The notes under the pieces: generated by a model
Told to the model about the DNA's origin: nothing
What the model saw: only the letters and a program-made list of their open reading frames with translations
Databases searched by the model: none
Shown: positions 1-4,949 of the stretch, piece after piece
Position numbering within the stretch: the first letter of the stretch is position 1
Layout: every line of letters starts with the position of its first letter
Source: a virus
Taxonomy: Duplodnaviria; Heunggongvirae; Uroviricota; Caudoviricetes
Length of the DNA: 7,581 nucleotides
IMG/VR virus record: IMGVR_UViG_2648501485_000016
Coordinates: 1-7,581 of that record
Strand: one strand, 5' to 3'
Position numbers and translations under genes: made by a program

Positions 1-33
1 GCACTTTTTATATAAATCTATAATTATATAATT
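1..33 (-). promoter_or_regulatory. AT-rich conserved intergenic motif, copy C (promoter-like; strand uncertain)
   Basis: Plus strand 7-17 is TTTATATAAAT, followed by TATAAT at 19-24. The same core recurs at 1151-1160 and 6474-6484. It lies directly after the methylase stop codon (34-36). Truncated by the window edge. Confidence 0.4.
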
Positions 34-621
34 TTATGCCACTTGCCAGAGAGCATCATGCAACTGGATACCTCCATTGCACTGGTTGCCCCAGCCATGC
101 CAACCATCAGGTAAATCACCGCGAGCAAACAGCTCAATACGAGGAACATCACCTAACAGCCTTACCAGCTTGTCACGAACCACATCAGGCTTCCGAGAAT
201 GCTCCAGACGAGGCGATGTAAACGACTGAATGATCCCCGCATCAAGGCGGGTCGGCAATTTGCCTTTTACCGCAAACAAGCAATCTTCACTGTTTGCACG
301 AGTCATATGCCCCATCCCCATCACCAGCTTATCTGGTTGTCGGCTACCACATTTGTTCCATGTGAAGCCCTTCATGGTCATAAGCCTGAATCCCCATGCT
401 TTCACCACCAGCAACGCTTCTTCTGGCTGAGTCGGAACCCACCACATGGCCAACAAACACGATTCAGGATTAGCAAGCTGCCAGACAGGAATACGAGCAA
501 TATCCTCAGCTTTCATCGTTGGATACTTAAAACCAGCTCCACGATTCCCATCCTTACACTTATCTTTGTATTCCCAGGGGGGATCTGCATAAATCAGATT
601 AAACAATGCAATTGCCTCCAT
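34..621 (-). CDS. DNA N6-adenine methyltransferase, MT-A70 / phage Dam-like family (195 aa)
   Basis: The translation begins MEAIALFNLIYADPPWEY; DPPW is the catalytic motif IV of N6-adenine methyltransferases of the MT-A70 type. ATG at 621-619 is preceded by GGAGG about 10 nt upstream; stop TAA at 36-34. No adjacent restriction endonuclease ORF, so it appears to be an orphan methylase. Confidence 0.8.
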   Translation of the reverse strand: MEAIALFNLIYADPPWEYKDKCKDGNRGAGFKYPTMKAEDIARIPVWQLANPESCLLAMWWVPTQPEEALLVVKAWGFRLMTMKGFTWNKCGSRQPDKLVMGMGHMTRANSEDCLFAVKGKLPTRLDAGIIQSFTSPRLEHSRKPDVVRDKLVRLLGDVPRIELFARGDLPDGWHGWGNQCNGGIQLHDALWQVA

Positions 622-684
622 GTTAGTTGTGCCTCCGGCGCTTATCTCCGGCAGTCATAACGCTGGCCAGCTCTACAGCAGACA

Positions 685-720
685 CAACGAAAAGGGCACT
701 AACCAGACTGATTAATGCCC
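685..720 (-). terminator. Candidate hairpin followed by a short U run (minus-strand transcript), between the tRNA and the methylase
   Basis: Minus-strand RNA: GGGCAUU / 13-nt loop / AGUGCCC, then CUUUUCGUUG. A 7-bp stem including one G-U pair; the loop is long and the U tract short, so this is weak. Confidence 0.25.
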
Positions 721-865
721 TTGCCTGTTGTGTGCCGGATATCGCCCGACAACGCTGTTTTGGTAACACGGCTACAGTTCCGTGCCGCTCCAGCTTTTAC
801 CCCTTTGCGGATAACAGGCCCTGCCTGTACTCACTAACCAACGGCTTCCCGAAATGTGCACCAGG

Positions 866-920
866 CACGCATAAAGATGAGCACGAAGAAGTAACTCCAC
901 CGCGCTTATCTTTATGTGTG
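866..920. repeat. Imperfect inverted repeat (15-bp arms, 25-nt spacer) immediately 3' of the tRNA
   Basis: CATAAAGAT at 870-878 is the exact reverse complement of ATCTTTATG at 908-916; the arms extend to 15 bp with 2 mismatches. No U tract follows on either strand. Confidence 0.4.
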
Positions 921-929
921 AGGGTGAAT

Positions 930-1005
930 TGGTGGCCCCTACCGGATTTGAACCGATGACCGTGCGATTATGAGTCGCCTGCTCTAACCACTAAGCTAAG
1001 GGGCC
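930..1005 (-). tRNA. tRNA with anticodon CAU, closest to the tRNA-Ile2 (lysidine, AUA-decoding) type; elongator Met not excluded
   Basis: The reverse complement of 930-1005 gives a 76-nt sequence: GGCCCCTTAGCTTAGTGGTTAGAGCAGGCGACTCATAATCGCACGGTCATCGGTTCAAATCCGGTAGGGGCCACCA. It has a 7-bp acceptor stem (GGCCCCT/AGGGGCC), a D-arm, an anticodon stem-loop with U33-CAU-A37, a T-arm with GGTTCAAATCC, and an encoded CCA end. The acceptor stem and anticodon arm match my recollection of E. coli ileX; the D and T arms differ. Confidence 0.85.
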
Positions 1006-1016
1006 ATATTTGATTT

Positions 1017-1097
1017 GTTTGTCTGGTGTGGCGCCGCGCACGAAAATCCCAGCCAATAAATTCAGGATTTTTGGGCGCGGCGGCATATCAGACAAAC
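1017..1097. repeat. 81-bp imperfect palindrome (33-bp arms, 15-bp spacer, GC-rich core) between the promoter-like motif and the tRNA
   Basis: The left arm at 1017-1049 (GTTTGTCTGGTGTGGCGCCGCGCACGAAAATCC) matches the reverse complement of the right arm at 1065-1097 (GTTTGTCTGATATGCCGCCGCGCCCAAAAATCC) at 28 of 33 positions. The spacer is CAGCCAATAAATTCA. Confidence 0.7.
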
Positions 1098-1140
1098 ATG
1101 GTTGATGCGTGCGCCCATGAGAAAAGCGCATAGAATGTTG

Positions 1141-1177
1141 TAACTATATATTTATATAATTATAGAAATATATATTA
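1141..1177 (-). promoter_or_regulatory. AT-rich conserved intergenic motif, copy B (promoter-like), after the spanin stop and upstream of the palindrome and tRNA
   Basis: Plus strand 1151-1160 is TTTATATAAT. The minus strand reads ...TTCTATAATTATATAAATATATAG..., containing TATAAT and TATAAATA. Confidence 0.4.
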
Positions 1178-1384
1178 CTTTCGGCAGTTGATTTCCCATG
1201 CCCTGTTATGAGCCAGAATATCTTTCTTTGTCTGGCGGTCCATAACATCGATGTCGTGATCAGTCAGGTAGATGGGCTTTACCCAATCACAGGCGGTATC
1301 AACCACCACCGGGACGCTTCCACGACTCCCGCAGCTCGCGATCAACATCGTCATCAGCCATATGGTTAACACTCTGCTGTACAT
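1175..1384 (-). CDS. Putative o-spanin (Rz1-like outer-membrane lipoprotein, 69 aa)
   Basis: N-terminal signal peptide with a lipobox (LIASC) in MYSRVLTIWLMTMLIASCGS..., and further Cys residues in the short mature part. The gene starts inside the i-spanin gene in a different frame and extends past its end (overlapped architecture). RBS GAGGTG lies about 5 nt before ATG 1384. Confidence 0.6.
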   Translation of the reverse strand: MYSRVLTIWLMTMLIASCGSRGSVPVVVDTACDWVKPIYLTDHDIDVMDRQTKKDILAHNRAWEINCRK

Positions 1385-1577
1385 TCCCCACCTCTTTTGT
1401 CACTTCTATACGCCGCTCCGCAGTGGCTTTTACGGCGGCTGCATTCTCATTAATGCGCTGCTTTTCAGCTTCATCTTCGGCCTTTTCTCGCCCCTTCATA
1501 CGACCAAAACCAAACGCACCGAATGCAACCAATATAACGGTGCCGATAAATGACAAAACGGCTTTCAAACCAGTCAT
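1299..1577 (-). CDS. Putative i-spanin (Rz-like, 92 aa)
   Basis: N-terminal transmembrane segment (LKAVLSFIGTVILVAFGAFGF) followed by a highly charged, probably helical domain. ATG 1577-1575 overlaps the endolysin TGA stop (ATGA). Its position directly after the endolysin and the embedded lipoprotein gene support the call. Confidence 0.6.
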   Translation of the reverse strand: MTGLKAVLSFIGTVILVAFGAFGFGRMKGREKAEDEAEKQRINENAAAVKATAERRIEVTKEVGNVQQSVNHMADDDVDRELRESWKRPGGG

Positions 1578-2116
1578 ACCACCACTCGCTCTTTCATCCA
1601 GCCGTAGACAAACGACTCATTAGCCTCGCGCTTCTCCGCCAGCTCCAGATAGCGTTCGCCCTGCGTACAGTTCAGCGACGTCAGCATCACCCGTTCGCCG
1701 TCTTTTCCCCGATTCCCAAGATAAGCACGTAGCGCATTAATGGTACGTGGACCGATTCGTCCGTCTGCATCCAAATCGGGATACAGCTTCCCGCGCAGGT
1801 TGAACACATTCAGCCAGCGTTGAAGCATTTTTGACGCCACTGTTGGCCCCATGTTCACCCCCGTGTCACACAGCTCTGCGGCAATATCAGAGGATAATGC
1901 GGCCACCTGATCAAAGCGTGGTCCGTACCAGTAATCAGCCTCAAGGATTTCCAGTGCCTGTTCGCGGGTTAAATCGCGCATATCGCCACGGTATCCATGA
2001 GCACGGGCAGTGTTCTGAGTAATGCCCCACTTTGTTGGGCCTCCCTTGTCGTCAGGGTGATCCACATAGCCGCCCTCTTTTCCAAGAACGCTGTTAAAAA
2101 TCTCATCTTTGGTCAT
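1574..2116 (-). CDS. Endolysin, glycoside hydrolase family 108 N-terminal domain with a C-terminal peptidoglycan-binding domain (180 aa)
   Basis: The translation begins MTKDEIFNSVLGKEGGYVDHPDDKGGPTKWGIT, which carries the EGGY...D.GG.T..GI signature of GH108 muramidases. The C-terminal half has the PG_binding_3-like pattern (YPDLDADGRIGPRT). Confidence 0.85.
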   Translation of the reverse strand: MTKDEIFNSVLGKEGGYVDHPDDKGGPTKWGITQNTARAHGYRGDMRDLTREQALEILEADYWYGPRFDQVAALSSDIAAELCDTGVNMGPTVASKMLQRWLNVFNLRGKLYPDLDADGRIGPRTINALRAYLGNRGKDGERVMLTSLNCTQGERYLELAEKREANESFVYGWMKERVVV

Positions 2117-2399
2117 GATTAAACCCTAATGCGTCAACTATCCGCGCCAGATTGCCCCTGAAATACAGAACAACGATGCAGATAATCAGATTTCCAATAA
2201 CCACCAGCCAGTGGGATTCTTGATAAAGACCGAACACATAACGGAAGGGAACATTGGCGTATACAATGACGTAGATATAAGCCAGAAAGGAAACAAATGG
2301 ACGATGCCTGGAGTCTTTCCGTCGATAAAGCATCAGCGCCATTACTATTACTGTGCAAAGCACCGCATTAATCAGTGCTGACGGGTCACTGCTTACCAT
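2103..2399 (-). CDS. Small three-TMD membrane protein, holin or antiholin candidate (98 aa from ATG 2399)
   Basis: Three hydrophobic segments (ALINAVLCTVIVMALMLY, FVSFLAYIYVIVYANV, WLVVIGNLIICIVVLYF) and a charged C-terminus. Strong RBS GGAGGGGG 5 nt before ATG 2399. The longer ORF reading to 2435 has no RBS, so I prefer the internal start. Overlaps the upstream gene by 14 nt and the endolysin by 14 nt. Confidence 0.55.
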   Translation of the reverse strand: MVSSDPSALINAVLCTVIVMALMLYRRKDSRHRPFVSFLAYIYVIVYANVPFRYVFGLYQESHWLVVIGNLIICIVVLYFRGNLARIVDALGFNHDQR

Positions 2400-2781
2400 T
2401 TGAACCCCCTCCACGTAAGCGGGAAAGCATTCCAAAGATGCTACCGAGATCCTGGCTGTTTACGAACGTGAGGATTTTAATTGTCAATGCAGCCACAATA
2501 ACCGCACCAAGCGCATCAAGAGGACGATCGTTGTAGCTGGTCCATTTGGCAAGAAATGAGCCAACTAACGGCGCTCCAATCACTCCAACAATGAACGATG
2601 TAAAGAAATAGCCAATCAGCTTGAGACGGCTAATATTCACCGCTGTAGCAACATAGAAAACAGCGCCAGCAAATGCCCCGAATACAACGCCGTAATCAAT
2701 ACCAGTTGCAATACCAAAAACGCTGGCACCCATCAGGCCACCAGCAGCAACGGCCGTACCGGAAATTGGTTCTGCTGACAT
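2386..2781 (-). CDS. Four-TMD membrane protein, holin candidate (131 aa)
   Basis: Gly/Ala-rich hydrophobic helices (TAVAAGGLMGASVFGIA, YGVVFGAFAGAVFYVATAV, LIGYFFTSFIVGVIGAPLVGSFL, LGAVIVAALTIKIL). RBS GAGGA 5 nt before ATG 2781. It is the first gene of the lysis cassette. Confidence 0.55.
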   Translation of the reverse strand: MSAEPISGTAVAAGGLMGASVFGIATGIDYGVVFGAFAGAVFYVATAVNISRLKLIGYFFTSFIVGVIGAPLVGSFLAKWTSYNDRPLDALGAVIVAALTIKILTFVNSQDLGSIFGMLSRLRGGGSNGKQ

Positions 2782-2794
2782 TGAAATCCTCGTT

Positions 2795-2827
2795 AAAAAA
2801 AAAGCCCCGCCGAAAAAGGCAGGGCTT
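2795..2827 (-). terminator. Rho-independent terminator (minus-strand transcript), immediately upstream of the first lysis gene
   Basis: Minus-strand RNA: AAGCCCUGCC / UUUUUC loop / GGCGGGGCUU followed by 9 U. The stem is 8 GC-rich pairs (one G-U) plus 2 A-U pairs. On the plus strand there is a C-A mismatch and no T tract, so it is unidirectional. The U tract ends 3 nt before the holin RBS. Confidence 0.7.
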
Positions 2828-3010
2828 CATAAAGCAACAAATTACGCGGTAATCGCTTAACGCAGTTTTACTACGTTAAATGAAACACTACACCCAGTTA
2901 CCACCTAAAACAAGGTTTCCCCATAAAAAAACCTTCACAATGTGGTTAATCGATCGATAAAAAAACAATACTTAACTTTTGACCAACCGAACATCCCGAC
3001 CAGGACTTCC

Positions 3011-3039
3011 ATAATATTCGCCGATATGCCACTGCTTAA
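3011..3039 (-). promoter_or_regulatory. Candidate sigma70-type promoter for a roughly 210-nt leader RNA (weak)
   Basis: Minus strand TTAAGC (3039-3034), 17-bp spacer, TATTAT (3016-3011). The -35 element is poor. It sits in the 330-bp untranslated gap between the 119-aa gene and the terminator at 2795-2827. Confidence 0.25.
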
Positions 3040-3111
3040 GTTGAGTAATCTTCTCCAACTTAACTCCCATAGAGTCCAGTTTCTGCCATGTTTTCGGTTG
3101 TATGTGCTTCA

Positions 3112-3471
3112 TTACCCGCTCTGAATATCTGAATACTGCTCGTAAGCGCATGGATTCTCACTACAGCTTATCCAACCACCCGGAGTTACCGAAACTGGCG
3201 GCGCGGCATATAGCTTACGGGTCTGAACACCTGCCCCCTGACATTTCTCTTCCTCAACAAACCATTCGAAAGCACATTCCCCGCAATCTTCCCATTCTCC
3301 CCATTCATCATATTCTGCATCCCACTGGCGATACTGATATGCCACCGGTTCTGCTTCCAGCAAGGCTAACGCTATTTCATAAGCCCGGCGCTCAATATTG
3401 TCTCGCACATCCAAGCGGCCTATGCGCTCTTTGATTTCTTTAATCAGTTCTTTGTCGGTAAAAGTGGTCAT
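3112..3471 (-). CDS. Hypothetical acidic protein with Trp/Glu-rich and Cys-containing segments (119 aa)
   Basis: RBS GAGGA 7 nt before ATG 3471, which overlaps the upstream TGA (ATGA). About 25 Asp+Glu against 12 Lys+Arg. Contains EWGEWEDCGECAFEWFVEEEKC. No recognisable domain. Confidence 0.6.
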   Translation of the reverse strand: MTTFTDKELIKEIKERIGRLDVRDNIERRAYEIALALLEAEPVAYQYRQWDAEYDEWGEWEDCGECAFEWFVEEEKCQGAGVQTRKLYAAPPVSVTPGGWISCSENPCAYEQYSDIQSG

Positions 3472-3677
3472 TTGTTAATCCTCAAAACTTTATGCCCGGG
3501 CGCAAAAGCACGCGTTTTGTCTTTGCTTATTCGCCAGCCATCCTTGCGCGCCTCTTTTGCACAGCCAGCCCATGACGTACCGATATACTCACCGAAGTCT
3601 GGCACTGGATATACACCTTCCGTACACTGGCGGCAGTCACAATAGAGATGCATGGTGTAACTTGCGGCAATAGCCAT
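3468..3677 (-). CDS. Hypothetical small Cys-rich protein (69 aa), possible zinc-binding
   Basis: Strong RBS AAGGAG 6 nt before ATG 3677. Contains HLYCDCRQC ... C. Stop TGA overlaps the next gene's ATG. Confidence 0.55.
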   Translation of the reverse strand: MAIAASYTMHLYCDCRQCTEGVYPVPDFGEYIGTSWAGCAKEARKDGWRISKDKTRAFAPGHKVLRINK

Positions 3678-3678
3678 A

Positions 3679-4308
3679 TCATTCTCCTTTGATGCGAATA
3701 CCAGCAGCGCGGATTGCAGCGATGACTTCAGAAACTTTGTATGCCATTACCGTTTGGTAATCCTCGTGAAAATCTGTTCGATGAAGCATGCTGCTACGTT
3801 CTGGGAGCGATATTTCCCGTGCTTCCAGTTCTGCAATGCGCTTCTCTGCGGATTCCAACGCCGCAACCAATTCGTCTACAGTTCCGGCAGCTTGCAGTGC
3901 GTAATCGGTAATAGCCATCTCATGATCAATTTCAGTACCGTTCTCATTCGTTGAGGTGATAGCAAAATAATCAGAGTCGATTTCGTTATCAGCTAAGTGG
4001 CGTAGCGTATCGGCAACAAGCCGGCCGTTTTCGATTAGCAGCTTCCCTACCGTAAGCGCAATATCCTCGTTCTCCTGGTCGCGGCGTTTGATGTATTGCT
4101 GGTTTCTTTCCCGTTCATCCAGTAGTGCCAGCACGGTTTCTGGTCCGGCCAGAAATTTGAAGGCGTTGAGCGCATCAATATCCACACCGTAATCTTTAAG
4201 TTCCTGTTCACTTAACAAATCATCATCAGCTGGCAACATTAACAGGCGTTCCATTGCTGGAATTGCACGTTCCGCCGCCTCACGCAGTGCCTGATAGTCA
4301 ATTGTCAT
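3679..4308 (-). CDS. Hypothetical strongly acidic protein (about 209 aa from ATG 4308)
   Basis: ATG 4308-4306 overlaps the upstream TGA (ATGA), with AAGGA 8 nt upstream. The ATG at 4317 directly abuts the Shine-Dalgarno sequence, so I prefer 4308. About 44 Asp+Glu against 23 Lys+Arg. No recognisable catalytic motif. Confidence 0.6.
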   Translation of the reverse strand: MTIDYQALREAAERAIPAMERLLMLPADDDLLSEQELKDYGVDIDALNAFKFLAGPETVLALLDERERNQQYIKRRDQENEDIALTVGKLLIENGRLVADTLRHLADNEIDSDYFAITSTNENGTEIDHEMAITDYALQAAGTVDELVAALESAEKRIAELEAREISLPERSSMLHRTDFHEDYQTVMAYKVSEVIAAIRAAGIRIKGE

Positions 4309-4949
4309 TCTCGCCATCCTTCACAGTTGTAATCACTACAGCCTTCAAAATCATATGGGCTGTACTGCCAGGTTATTTTTCCGCAATGCGGACAATTCCA
4401 ACGCACCTTCCCGCTTCGCGACTTCTTTCTTCTGTTCTGCTCTTTCAACCAGTCAGGCATGACCAAACCTGCGCCCTGAACCATTGTTCTGCGGTTAAAG
4501 TTATTGATATTGAACGTCCGGCGCTTTGCTGCATCAGCAATGGAAAATGGCAACCAAACTATTCCTGGTTCGTTTTTGTTGACGACGCTAAAGATGGTCG
4601 CTTTACTGAAGTCATCTGTTGGCAATCCACCGTGTTGAAGCCAGTAAACATCGTTGCCGTTCCAGCTACCTTTTTTGTAGGCCACATACTCAGTGCAATC
4701 TGACTCAATCAGGCTTTCTGTAGGGATGTACTGGCAATCAACGTGCCACACAGCCATTGCATCCACACTATCGGCACAAACAGGCTGATCGATATCTCGC
4801 CCACAATTCCAGGCTTTTTGGGCTTCTTCCAGCGTGTAAATATGAGCGCGATCGATATCAGAACTGTAACCATTGCCGTTATGGCAATGGAATGAGGCGT
4901 TATTACCCACAGTTTCACGCAAGCACATCATGTAAAAACGGTTACTCAC
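4305..4949 (-). CDS. Hypothetical Cys-rich protein with a C-terminal zinc-ribbon-like segment (about 214 aa from GTG 4949)
   Basis: GTG 4949-4947 is preceded by AGGGGG at a 6-nt spacing. The TTG at 4973 listed in the ORF track has no RBS. C-terminus reads ...WNCPHCGKITWQYSPYDFEGCSDYNCEGWRE. Confidence 0.55.
   Translation of the reverse strand: MSNRFYMMCLRETVGNNASFHCHNGNGYSSDIDRAHIYTLEEAQKAWNCGRDIDQPVCADSVDAMAVWHVDCQYIPTESLIESDCTEYVAYKKGSWNGNDVYWLQHGGLPTDDFSKATIFSVVNKNEPGIVWLPFSIADAAKRRTFNINNFNRRTMVQGAGLVMPDWLKEQNRRKKSRSGKVRWNCPHCGKITWQYSPYDFEGCSDYNCEGWRE

Noticed and set aside
199-660. Plus-strand ORFs 199..660, 230..430 and 36..221
   Set aside because: They lie antisense to the well-supported methylase gene, have no Shine-Dalgarno sequence and give low-complexity translations; they are shadow ORFs.
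627-959. Plus-strand 110-aa ORF running into the tRNA
   Set aside because: It starts at a TTG preceded by CTCC (an anti-Shine-Dalgarno sequence), overlaps the tRNA gene on the opposite strand and has a Cys/Pro/Arg-rich translation typical of a non-coding frame.
930-1005. The tRNA as a host attB or prophage-host junction
   Set aside because: The tRNA is complete but divergent from the host-like sequence in its D and T arms, and phage-type genes and the same AT-rich motif occur on both sides. It is more likely phage-encoded; this cannot be fully excluded without flanking sequence.
1017-1097. Palindrome as a protelomerase telomere-resolution site or an IS/MITE terminal inverted repeat
   Set aside because: The repeat is imperfect with a non-palindromic 15-bp spacer, unlike the perfect telRL palindromes, and there are no flanking target duplications or transposase.
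2134-2358. Minus-strand ORFs 2134..2358 and 4709..4918 in alternative frames
   Set aside because: They are embedded in alternative frames of better-supported genes (the 98-aa membrane protein and the 214-aa Cys-rich protein) and have no start-site signals.
2972-3070. 32-aa minus-strand ORF in the lysis leader (MGVKLEKITQLKQWHIGEYYGSPGRDVRLVKS)
   Set aside because: No convincing Shine-Dalgarno sequence, and it begins upstream of the only plausible promoter in the region; probably chance.
3112-3677. A Q-type antiterminator gene directly upstream of the lysis leader
   Set aside because: The 119-aa protein is strongly acidic and the 69-aa protein is too small; neither resembles Q-lambda, Q82 or Q21 as far as I can judge without profile searches.
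4254-4703. Plus-strand ORF 4254..4703 (149 aa) and other plus-strand ORFs (1272..1553, 1423..1623, 3102..3434, 5172..5468, 5895..6221, 6691..7089, 7227..7523)
   Set aside because: All lie antisense to minus-strand genes that have good ribosome-binding sites and coupled start/stop codons; they have no ribosome-binding sites of their own.
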